Source of the DNA: Gemmatimonadota bacterium
GTDB lineage: Bacteria > Gemmatimonadota > Gemmatimonadetes > Gemmatimonadales > GWC2-71-9
DNA length: 64,000 nt
Direction: 5' to 3'
Assembly: GCA_031431925.1 (NCBI GenBank)
Contig: JANPEL010000369.1
Location: 22,134 to 86,133 of the forward strand
In this document: one piece after another, positions 36,240 to 44,450 of the stretch
Position numbering within the stretch: the stretch's first letter is position 1
Layout: each line of letters begins with the position of its first letter
The notes under the pieces: generated by a model
Databases searched by the model: none
Seen by the model: only the letters and a program-made list of their open reading frames with translations
What the model was told of the DNA's origin: nothing
Made by a program: the position numbers and the translations under genes

Positions 36240-37655
36240 ATGTACTTTCGTCGTTTCTATGATGAGCAGCTCGCCCAGGCCAGCTACTTGATCGGCTGCC
36301 AGGCCAACGGGACCGCAATCGTGATCGATCCCTCGCGGAGTATTCAACCGTACCTCGAGGTCGCGGCGGTGGAAGGATTCACGATCGTCGCGCTGACTGA
36401 AACCCATATTCACGCCGATTTCGTGTCGGGTATTCGGGAATTGGCCGTGGCGACCAATGCCCGGACGTATGTCAGCGGTTGTGGTCCCGCCGACTGGCAG
36501 TACGAGTTTCGGGAGGCGTCGAATGTGACGGTCCTGGGCGATCGGAGCGTCATCAAGATCGGCAACATCACGATCACCGCGGTGCACACGCCCGGTCATA
36601 CACCCGAGCACCTGTCGTTCCTGGTGACGGATGGCGCGGTGGCCGAGGAACCGATCGGGGTCATCACCGGCGACTTCGTGTTCGTCGGCGACGTCGGCCG
36701 GCCCGACCTGCTGGAGAGGGCGGCGAAGATTGCCAACACCGCGGAGGCCGGGGCCCGGGATCTCTATCGGAGCCTGGCCTGGTTCAAGACCCTCCCGGAC
36801 TACGTCCAGGTCTGGCCCGGACATGGGGCCGGGTCGGCGTGCGGCAAGGGACTCGGCGCGATTCCCCAGTCCACGGTCGGATACGAACGCCGGTTCAACT
36901 GGGCCTTCGGCGTCGAGTCTGAGGACGAGTTCGTCCGGCAGGTGCTGGCGGGGCAACCGGAACCGCCCCGGTACTTCGGCCGGATGAAGCAGGTCAATCG
37001 GGCCGGCGCCGCGGTGCTCGGCCCGCTCCCGCCGGTTCCCTCGCTCAACTCGGCAGCGTTCAAGCGCCATCTGACCGCCGGTGCGATGGTGGTCGATACC
37101 CGGCCGAGTGAGGAATTTGCCGCCGGTCATGTTCCGGGCACCATCAATATTCCGTTGTCGAAGAACTTCACGACCTATGCCGGGTCGGTGTTGCCCTACG
37201 ACCAGGAAATCTGCGTGGTGCTCGTCGATGCTACGGTCGGCGAGGCCGTGGCGCGGAATCTCCGGGCCATCGGGTTCGACCGGATCGGCGGCATCATCGA
37301 GGCGACGGTGGTCGACGCGTGGAAGGGCCGCGGCAACACGCTCGGAACCGCGGCCGAGATGACCGTGGAGCAACTGGCGGACGGCCCGCCGGTCGACCGA
37401 TTGGTGATCGACGTCCGGAATCGATCGGAGTGGACGGCAGGGCACATGGGACATGCGACCCTGATCCCTTTGCCGGAACTGCTGGAACGATTGGACGAGA
37501 TTCCGAAGGGCGCTGATATCCTCTTCCACTGTCAGACCGGCAGCCGGTCGGCAATTGCCGCGAGTGTGCTCCGGTCTCGGGGCTACGAGCGGGTCACGAA
37601 CCTGATCGGCGGCTTCAGCGCCTGGGTCGGGATGGGCGGCCGGATCGAACGTTAG
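36240..37655 (+). CDS. MBL-fold persulfide-dioxygenase-like hydrolase fused to two rhodanese domains
   Basis: TETHIHADFVSG (HxHxD), TPGHTPEH, two rhodanese modules. The second carries the active-site loop HCQTGSRS; the first lacks a catalytic Cys. Confidence 0.85.
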   Translation: MYFRRFYDEQLAQASYLIGCQANGTAIVIDPSRSIQPYLEVAAVEGFTIVALTETHIHADFVSGIRELAVATNARTYVSGCGPADWQYEFREASNVTVLGDRSVIKIGNITITAVHTPGHTPEHLSFLVTDGAVAEEPIGVITGDFVFVGDVGRPDLLERAAKIANTAEAGARDLYRSLAWFKTLPDYVQVWPGHGAGSACGKGLGAIPQSTVGYERRFNWAFGVESEDEFVRQVLAGQPEPPRYFGRMKQVNRAGAAVLGPLPPVPSLNSAAFKRHLTAGAMVVDTRPSEEFAAGHVPGTINIPLSKNFTTYAGSVLPYDQEICVVLVDATVGEAVARNLRAIGFDRIGGIIEATVVDAWKGRGNTLGTAAEMTVEQLADGPPVDRLVIDVRNRSEWTAGHMGHATLIPLPELLERLDEIPKGADILFHCQTGSRSAIAASVLRSRGYERVTNLIGGFSAWVGMGGRIER

Positions 37656-37666
37656 GCCGACTGGCC

Positions 37667-38083
37667 CTACCAGCCGAGGACCCATCGGGCGAACCCGGCC
37701 GCCCACGCGAGGCCCGCCATCGCCACAGGCAGCAGGGTCAATCCCACCGAGAAGATCAGTCCTTGGCGGAAGAGGACCGGCCCAATCTCCGGCGGGTCCT
37801 TCCGCCACCAGGCATTGAAGAGGAGTTCGGTCCCCCAGCCGGCCGAATACAAGACGTTGGCGAGGATGCCGTACGCCAGTGCGGGGAGGATCGGGATGCC
37901 CGGGACCGGGCCCGAGAGGGGCGGCAGTCCCAAGATCATGTTGACCAGCCCGAGCGAAAAGAGCCCGCTCGTCCCGACCACGAGATTGAAGGTCACCCGC
38001 CGGCGTTCCCACCAACCAATCACCGCCACAGGCGTCCGGGACCGGGCGGCTAGCGGATAGAGCAGACGGACTAACGGGGACAC
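37667..38083 (-). CDS. Small integral membrane protein (4 predicted TM), unknown function
   Basis: Hydrophobic segments FNLVVGTSGLFSLGLVNMILGL, ILPALAYGILANVLYSAGW and LIFSVGLTLLPVAMAGLAWAAGF. No family recognised. Confidence 0.5.
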   Translation of the reverse strand: MSPLVRLLYPLAARSRTPVAVIGWWERRRVTFNLVVGTSGLFSLGLVNMILGLPPLSGPVPGIPILPALAYGILANVLYSAGWGTELLFNAWWRKDPPEIGPVLFRQGLIFSVGLTLLPVAMAGLAWAAGFARWVLGW

Positions 38084-38138
38084 TCGGGTTTACTCCGACG
38101 GACGGTTGTACCCAGTCTATCGGTTCACCTGATTTTTG

Positions 38139-39002
38139 TCAAGTACTTTTTACCACAAAGTCACTCATCCGCTCATCCCGAAACCAACGGTCGACAAGGG
38201 CATTGAACCGGTCGGGCCATTGCCAGTTCCACGTGTGGCCCGCCCCCGGAATGAACCCACCCCTGGCATTCGGCATCAGGGCAACTAATCGGCCCACACT
38301 CTCTCGGATCTTCCGGTGCTCCTTGCTGCCCGCCACCACGAGGACCGCCTGGCGGCGCTCGGCCAGGACTGGAGGGGGCCGGAACGTCGTGACATCGAGG
38401 ATCATCTGGTGGAGTGGTCCGGCCTCCAAGCGCCGGACGTCCGCCTGCAGGCTCGGATAGTCCGCCGACGGCACGGCCATCATCCTCGCCGTCAGACGAA
38501 CCAGCGGTCCGAACTTGCCAATGGGGAGCGTTAGAGCCGTCAGCCCGGCGAGGGCCCGAGCTCCGGCGATTCCAGTGGCCAAGGTGCCGCTGACCAGCAT
38601 CTGGTCAACGGTGTCGGGGTCCTGGGCCAACAACTGGAGAGCCACGACGCCGCCGAGGCTCAGGCCGACGACGTGGGCTTTGCCTCCGGGCACCTCGTTC
38701 TTGATGACCCTGGCCACGGCGTCGGCCGCGTCGGGCACGGAAACCCAGGGCGCTCGTGAGGCCCCGTGGCCGGGAAGCTCGACGGCCAGGCCCTTGAATC
38801 CGACCAGTGACGCCAGCTGCTGCCGCCACATCCAACTCGAAATGCCGGCTCCGTGAATGAACACGATCGTCGGCTCCTTGCCAGTGGGCGCCCCGGGCGA
38901 TACGTTCTCGCCGTGCGGTACTCCCGTCGTCGTTCCAGCCCCATTGCCCAAGCCATCACCCCGTTGTTGGCCCTCTACCTGTTGCTCCAACTGTTTCTCC
39001 AC
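38139..39002 (-). CDS. Alpha/beta-fold hydrolase
   Basis: TIVFIHGAGISSWMW, nucleophile elbow HVVGLSLGGVVAL, GAGHTWNW. The start is set at GTG 39002, 5 nt after the upstream stop. The longer listed ORF would overlap the S9 peptidase gene. Start uncertain. Confidence 0.7.
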   Translation of the reverse strand: MEKQLEQQVEGQQRGDGLGNGAGTTTGVPHGENVSPGAPTGKEPTIVFIHGAGISSWMWRQQLASLVGFKGLAVELPGHGASRAPWVSVPDAADAVARVIKNEVPGGKAHVVGLSLGGVVALQLLAQDPDTVDQMLVSGTLATGIAGARALAGLTALTLPIGKFGPLVRLTARMMAVPSADYPSLQADVRRLEAGPLHQMILDVTTFRPPPVLAERRQAVLVVAGSKEHRKIRESVGRLVALMPNARGGFIPGAGHTWNWQWPDRFNALVDRWFRDERMSDFVVKST

Positions 39003-39007
39003 AGCCG

Positions 39008-41209
39008 TTAGGGATTGGCCGCGAGATACTTGTCGTACCACGCCACGATTCGGCGGTGGAAGTCGACAAAATCCGCCGCCGTCGTGGCCGGGGTCCCGTG
39101 TCCGCCGTTCATGTAGTTTGCCCACGCCACCGGTTTCCCCAGCCGTCGCAAGGCATAGTACATCTCGCGGGTGTTGTCCGCCGGCACATTGGCGTCGAGC
39201 GCACCGGTCATCAGGAGCAAGGGCGTCGCAATCCGATCCGCGAACATGATCGCCGATTGATCGAGGTACTTTTGCGGCTGCTGCCAGAGCGTGGCGCCGA
39301 TGCGGTCCTGGCTCTTTTCCGCCGCGTGGACGTTCCGGACACCGAGCCGGGGTGAGTCGGTGTAGAAACTAATGAGATCGACCTTGCCGGAAATGTTGAT
39401 GGCGGCCTTGAATCGCTTGGTCTGGGTGACCAGCAAGTTCGTGGCATAACCGCCGTAGCTGATGCCTTGGACGCCGAGCCGCGCCGAGTCGGCGATGCCC
39501 CGTTCAATCAGCCGATTGGCCGCGGCGGTTACCCCCTTGAGCCACCCCTCGCCCGGGTACCCGGTCTCCAGGCTCACCGACGGCTGCACCACCACGTAGC
39601 CCGCCCCGGTCAGCGTGTTGATGATGGACTCGTACCGATCGTCGAAGAACGACTCGTAGACATAGAAGACGGTCGGATACGGCTTTCCGGCCTCGAACCC
39701 GGGAGGGTAGTAGACCACGCCGAACTGGCGTTTTCCGTCAACGTCGAGGTACTCGATGAGCTCGTTTCGCCCAAAGCTCACCGTTCGAAGATCCGGGTTG
39801 GTCTCGACCAACCGGGTGGCGTTTCGGAGATCCCCGCTGGCTACGAAGAGATCCGGCGGTCGGCTTCCGTCGGCCACAGTGAAGACGCCCCGGCTTCCGT
39901 CGCGAGAGAAGCGAGGGGTTCCGTAGCTCCGGCCGTCCGTGATGGTGGGCTCGAGCCGCCCGGTCCGCCGGTCAAACCGCGCGAACCCTCGCTCCCAGGT
40001 TTTGCGTGACGCCACGGAGAGCAGCACGGATTGCCGGTCATCGCTCCAGCCGACCACCGCGTATCGCGGGGCCATGGTGGCGGAATCCGGCGTGGCCAGA
40101 AACATGGTTCGGGCGCCCCCGGTTGTTTCGACGAACCACATCCCCTCGGTGTTGCCGGCAATCAACTCCTGACCGTCGGGACTCAACCGAATCGGGCTGA
40201 AGCGCTCCTTCTCTCGGTGGTCGCGGGCCACCTTGGTGGTATCGATCGCAGGCGTGGTCTCCTTGGCTCCCGCGATCTGGCGGGCCGCGGTATCACCGAT
40301 CGACCCGAGCAGCAGCCGGCCGTCCTTGGCATAGGCAAACCGCCGCCCGTCCCGGGACCAGACCAGGGTGAGGCCCTTGGTTGAGCCGAGGACGGTTGAC
40401 CGGGCGCCGTCGCGCTGTGAAACCAGCCGACCCTCGGTGCCGAAGATGACGTCGTAGTCGGTCTTCGGGGTAATGTCCTCTTGATAGACCAGACTCGAGT
40501 CATCGTCAGCCAGGTGCCACGAGATGATCCCGTTTTCGGGGGTGAGTTCCTGGGTGCGCCCGGTTTTAATGTCGATGGCCGCCACGATCCGCACGAACCC
40601 CTGGCGACGGAGGTCATCCCAGGCCAAGAACGGCTCGTCGCTCGACTGCACGAACACCGGCCCCGCGGTCATCTCCCGAAAGCGGTCTGCCGTCCGTTTT
40701 CGCCAACCCTGGCTTCGAAGCGCGACCAGGAGCCTGGTCCCGGCGCGGTCCCAGCGGAGTTCGCTGTTTTCCGCCACGAATCGGCCGGCGGGAAGTCTCA
40801 CGGGAGTCAACCGGGCGCCGTCCCGGTCCCAGACCACCGGCACGACCTGATCACCTTCGACCACGAGGATGGCGAGTCGGCGTCCGTCCGGCGACCACGC
40901 CGCCGTCCTCACGTTCCGGGGTCCGGAAAAGACCCGGGTTTTCGACCCATTGTCGCTATTGATGATCCAGAGCTCCGCGCTCGTTGGCCGGAGGTACGAT
41001 GGGTCGCCATCGCGGTGGTGATCGACGCCCAACTGATCCCGCCGGCTCGAAGCCGTTGCCGCCACCCAGCGACCATCCTCCGAGACATCCTGCACCGCAT
41101 ACCCCACCACACCAAGCGCAATCTCCGGCGTAAAAGGTCGAAGCCCCTGAGCCCCCCCCACCCCCGCCCCCCCAACCACCACCAACCCCGCCACCCCAAT
41201 CCACCGCAT
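39008..41209 (-). CDS. S9 family serine peptidase (prolyl oligopeptidase/dipeptidyl-peptidase type) with N-terminal beta-propeller
   Basis: Gly-rich signal peptide, WSPDGRRLA-type propeller repeats, catalytic GVQGISYGGYATN, and C-terminal D...H region (GALDANVP, NGGHG). Confidence 0.85.
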   Translation of the reverse strand: MRWIGVAGLVVVGGAGVGGAQGLRPFTPEIALGVVGYAVQDVSEDGRWVAATASSRRDQLGVDHHRDGDPSYLRPTSAELWIINSDNGSKTRVFSGPRNVRTAAWSPDGRRLAILVVEGDQVVPVVWDRDGARLTPVRLPAGRFVAENSELRWDRAGTRLLVALRSQGWRKRTADRFREMTAGPVFVQSSDEPFLAWDDLRRQGFVRIVAAIDIKTGRTQELTPENGIISWHLADDDSSLVYQEDITPKTDYDVIFGTEGRLVSQRDGARSTVLGSTKGLTLVWSRDGRRFAYAKDGRLLLGSIGDTAARQIAGAKETTPAIDTTKVARDHREKERFSPIRLSPDGQELIAGNTEGMWFVETTGGARTMFLATPDSATMAPRYAVVGWSDDRQSVLLSVASRKTWERGFARFDRRTGRLEPTITDGRSYGTPRFSRDGSRGVFTVADGSRPPDLFVASGDLRNATRLVETNPDLRTVSFGRNELIEYLDVDGKRQFGVVYYPPGFEAGKPYPTVFYVYESFFDDRYESIINTLTGAGYVVVQPSVSLETGYPGEGWLKGVTAAANRLIERGIADSARLGVQGISYGGYATNLLVTQTKRFKAAINISGKVDLISFYTDSPRLGVRNVHAAEKSQDRIGATLWQQPQKYLDQSAIMFADRIATPLLLMTGALDANVPADNTREMYYALRRLGKPVAWANYMNGGHGTPATTAADFVDFHRRIVAWYDKYLAANP

Positions 41210-41228
41210 ACCATCCCCCCCGTTGTGC

Positions 41229-41263
41229 GCCGAGTGCCGAGCGCCGAGTGCCGAGTGCCGAGG
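41229..41263. repeat. Five tandem heptamers GCCGAG[T/C/G] in a divergent intergenic region
   Basis: GCCGAGT GCCGAGC GCCGAGT GCCGAGT GCCGAGG, read directly. Lies between the S9 peptidase start (41209) and the mtnP start (41315). Confidence 0.8.
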
Positions 41264-41314
41264 TTACAATTGATGCGTACTCGGCCAAACGCTCAACCGA
41301 CCCAGTAGATCCGG

Positions 41315-42172
41315 GTGATCGGAATCATCGGGGGCAGCGGGCTGTATCAGATGGACGGGTGGGAGGGGGCCGCCTGGCAACGGGTCACCACCCCGTGGGG
41401 TGATCCCTCCGATGAGCTGCTGGTGGGAACCCTGGGCGGCCAAGCCGCGGCGTTTCTGCCTCGTCACGGCCGGGGCCATCGAATTCCGCCTTCAGATCTT
41501 AATTTTCGCGCGAACATCGCCGCGCTGAAACAACTGGGCGTTTCCGATGTGCTGAGCCTCTCGGCGGTCGGGTCGCTGCGTGAGGACCTGCCGCCCGGAA
41601 CGTTCGTGGTGGTCGACCAATTCGTCGACCGGACCTTTGCCCGCGCCAAGAGTTTCTTTGGCCCCGGGCTGGTGGCCCACGTGTCGGTGGCCGATCCCGT
41701 CTGTCGCCGACTCGGCGATCTGATCGCCGACGCCGCCCAGCACCTGAACCTGCCCACGGTCCGGGGCGGGACCTACCTCGTGATGGAAGGGCCCCAGTTT
41801 TCTACCAAAGCGGAATCCGCCCTCTATCGGTCCTGGGGCATGAGCGTCATCGGGATGACCAACATGCCGGAGGCCAAGCTCGCCCGCGAGGCCGAGCTTT
41901 GTTATGCAACGATCGCAATGGTCACCGACTACGATTGCTGGCATCCCGACCACGCCCACGTCACGGTCGATCAGGTGGTCGGGGTGGTGCTTCGAAATGC
42001 CGCGGCCGCCCAGCAGCTGATTCGGACGGTGGTGCCCCGGCTGACCGACCGGCCAACCCCCTGTCCGTGCGGTTGCGATCGGGCCCTCGACTCGGCGGTG
42101 ATGACGGCACCCGGTGCGCGGGATACTAGACTGGTCGAGCAACTTCGCGGCATCGTGGGGCGGGTACTGTGA
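41315..42172 (+). CDS. mtnP: S-methyl-5'-thioadenosine phosphorylase
   Basis: (GTG)IGIIGGSGLYQM, FLPRHGRGHRIPPSDLNFRANI, GMTNMPEAKLAREAELCYA. Confidence 0.85.
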   Translation: MIGIIGGSGLYQMDGWEGAAWQRVTTPWGDPSDELLVGTLGGQAAAFLPRHGRGHRIPPSDLNFRANIAALKQLGVSDVLSLSAVGSLREDLPPGTFVVVDQFVDRTFARAKSFFGPGLVAHVSVADPVCRRLGDLIADAAQHLNLPTVRGGTYLVMEGPQFSTKAESALYRSWGMSVIGMTNMPEAKLAREAELCYATIAMVTDYDCWHPDHAHVTVDQVVGVVLRNAAAAQQLIRTVVPRLTDRPTPCPCGCDRALDSAVMTAPGARDTRLVEQLRGIVGRVL

Positions 42173-42699
42173 AAGATCTCAAGGCGTTGGTCCGCTCGAT
42201 TCCCGACTATCCCAAACCCGGGATTCTCTTTCGGGATATCACCACCCTGATGGCTGACGGACCGGCCTTCCGCGAGCTCGTGGACCGGTTCACCTCCCGG
42301 TATCGCAACGAGCGGATCGACCGAGTGGCGGGGATCGAGGCCCGCGGGTTCATCCTGGGTGGCGCGGTGGCCGAGCGATTGGGCGCCGGGTTCGTGCCGA
42401 TCCGAAAGCAGGGGAAGTTGCCTTCGGCCACCATTGGCCGCGACTACCAGCTCGAGTACGGGACGGACCGGGTTGAAATCCACCGTGATGCGGTCGGGAC
42501 GGGGCAGCGGGTCATTCTGATCGACGATCTGATCGCGACCGGCGGCACCGCGCTCGCGGGCCTGTCGCTGCTCGGGCAGGTCGGCGCGACGGTGGTCGAG
42601 GCCTGCTTTGCGATCGATCTTCCGGAACTGGGCGGGCGCCGGCGGCTCGAAGCGGTCGGCTGCAAGACCTACTGCGTGATGGAGTTCGAGGGCCACTGA
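42169..42699 (+). CDS. apt: Adenine phosphoribosyltransferase
   Basis: IPDYPKPGILFRDITTL, and PRPP loop VILIDDLIATGGTA. GTGA overlap with mtnP. Confidence 0.9.
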   Translation: MKDLKALVRSIPDYPKPGILFRDITTLMADGPAFRELVDRFTSRYRNERIDRVAGIEARGFILGGAVAERLGAGFVPIRKQGKLPSATIGRDYQLEYGTDRVEIHRDAVGTGQRVILIDDLIATGGTALAGLSLLGQVGATVVEACFAIDLPELGGRRRLEAVGCKTYCVMEFEGH

Positions 42700-43742
42700 T
42701 GCGGGTCGGCGACCGCTGGTACCGAACGATCTGGGTCGAGGATGATGGTTGGACGGTGGCGGTCATCGATCAGACCGCCTTGCCCGGAACACTGGTCATT
42801 GCGCGGCTGCAGTCGCTCGACGACGTGGCCGATGCGATTTGCCGGATGCGGGTCCGTGGCGCGCCGCTGATCGGGGTGGCCGCCGCCTACGGCGTTGCCT
42901 TGGCCCTGCGAACCGACCCCAGTGACGCCGGGCTGTCGCGGGCCGTCGCAACGTTAGGCAAAACTCGGCCGACCGCGATCAACCTCCAGTGGGCGCTCGA
43001 CCGGGTGGTCGGCCATTTGGAGTTGTTGTCGCCCGCTGACCGGCCGCAGGCCGGCTCCGACTACGCCGCTCGCTTGGCCGATGACGACGCGGCCACCTGC
43101 CGGGCGATTGGTGAGCACGGCGAGCCGTTGCTTCGCGCCCTCTTTGAGCAGAACGGCCGGACTCGACCGGTCAATGTCTTGACCCACTGCAACGCCGGGT
43201 GGCTCGCGACGGTGGATTGGGGCACCGCGCTGGCGCCGATCTACCTGGCCCATGATCGAGGCGTCCCGCTCCATGTCTGGGTCGACGAGACCCGGCCCCG
43301 AAACCAGGGCCTCCTGACGGCCTGGGAACTGGCCGGTCACGGGGTGCCCTGCACGGTCATTGCCGACAACGCGGGCGGCCACCTGATGCGAACCGGCCAA
43401 GTCGACTGCTGCCTGGTCGGGACCGACCGGACCACCCGTCAGGGCGATGTGGCCAACAAGATCGGGACCTACCTCAAAGCGCTGGCCGCCGCCGACACCG
43501 GGACTCCTTTCTACGTCGCGGCCCCGTCCTCGAGCATCGACTGGACGTTGACCAAGGGCAGCGACATTCCGATCGAGGAACGATCCGGAGCGGAGCTTGG
43601 CCATGGGCCCGGCGTTCCGGTAGCCAATCCAGCCTTCGACGTGACGCCGGCGCGTTTGGTCACCAGGCTGCTGACCGAACGCGGCCTTGCCGAACCATCG
43701 CTCGAAGGCCTGGCCCGACTTTTTCCGGAGGGCAGCCGATGA
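42699..43742 (+). CDS. mtnA: S-methyl-5-thioribose-1-phosphate isomerase
   Basis: AICRMRVRGAPLIGVAAAYG, RPTAINL, THCNAG, VDETRPRNQG, VGTDRTTRQGDVANKIGTY. 1-nt TGATG overlap with apt. Confidence 0.9.
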   Translation: MRVGDRWYRTIWVEDDGWTVAVIDQTALPGTLVIARLQSLDDVADAICRMRVRGAPLIGVAAAYGVALALRTDPSDAGLSRAVATLGKTRPTAINLQWALDRVVGHLELLSPADRPQAGSDYAARLADDDAATCRAIGEHGEPLLRALFEQNGRTRPVNVLTHCNAGWLATVDWGTALAPIYLAHDRGVPLHVWVDETRPRNQGLLTAWELAGHGVPCTVIADNAGGHLMRTGQVDCCLVGTDRTTRQGDVANKIGTYLKALAAADTGTPFYVAAPSSSIDWTLTKGSDIPIEERSGAELGHGPGVPVANPAFDVTPARLVTRLLTERGLAEPSLEGLARLFPEGSR

Positions 43743-44383
43743 CCGATGAAGCTGAACGCAACCTGGTGATCGCGGCGGCCCGTCGGACCGTCACGCTTGG
43801 CCTGACGCACGGCACCTCCGGGAATGTGAGTTGCCGCACCCCCGATGGGATGTTGATCACTCCGTCCGGCATCTCCTACGACAGCCTCGAGCCCGCTGAT
43901 GTGGTCGCCATGGCGCTCGACGGTACGATCGCCCCCGGCGGGCGCCGTCGTCCGTCGAGCGAGTGGCGGATCCATGCCCGTCTCTACCAGGCCCGGCCCG
44001 ACGCCGGGGCGGTGGTCCACGGGCACTCTCCAGCGGCCTCGGCCGTTGCCTGCCTTGGCCGCGGGCTGCCGTCGTTCCACTACATGATCGCGATCGCGGG
44101 CGGTGACTCGGTGCCGGGTACCGGCTACGCCCTCTTCGGCACCGAGGCCTTGGCGGACTTGGCCGCTGCGGCGATGCGGGATCGATGGGCCTGCCTGCTG
44201 GCCCATCACGGATTGTTGGCCGCGGGAACGACCCTCGACCACGCGATGGCGGTGGCGGCAGAGGTCGAGTTCCTGGCCGACCTATACCTCCGGCTTCTGC
44301 CACTCGGCGAGCCGGCCCGGCTCGATCCCGAGCAGATGCGGGCCGTGATCGACCGGTTCCGGTCCTATGGCCAACCGGGCTGA
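43739..44383 (+). CDS. Class II aldolase/adducin-family protein (MtnB dehydratase or MTRu-1-P aldolase)
   Basis: GTSGNVSCRTPDGMLITPSG, PSSEWRIHARLY, AVVHGHSPAA. ATGA overlap with mtnA. Confidence 0.75.
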   Translation: MTDEAERNLVIAAARRTVTLGLTHGTSGNVSCRTPDGMLITPSGISYDSLEPADVVAMALDGTIAPGGRRRPSSEWRIHARLYQARPDAGAVVHGHSPAASAVACLGRGLPSFHYMIAIAGGDSVPGTGYALFGTEALADLAAAAMRDRWACLLAHHGLLAAGTTLDHAMAVAAEVEFLADLYLRLLPLGEPARLDPEQMRAVIDRFRSYGQPG

Positions 44384-44450
44384 GGCTCCCTTGCCCCCAG
44401 GCTGCTTTCACGGCAACATTGCCGCCTCCTCTCCCAATCCGGGTCGAACC

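Noticed and set aside
35895-38015. 706-aa ORF on the minus strand spanning the TauE gene, the MBL-rhodanese gene and the gap between them
   Set aside because: It is antisense to two genes with clear family motifs. The translation is Arg/Pro/Gly/Asp-rich and low in complexity, with no recognisable domain. This is the typical stop-codon-poor antisense frame of high-GC DNA.
41150-41225. Long C-runs and C-rich tract, considered as a phase-variable homopolymer or non-coding repeat
   Set aside because: It lies inside the S9 peptidase coding sequence and encodes its Gly/Val-rich signal peptide (GVAGLVVVGGAGVGGAQG). There is no evidence of variability from a single sequence.
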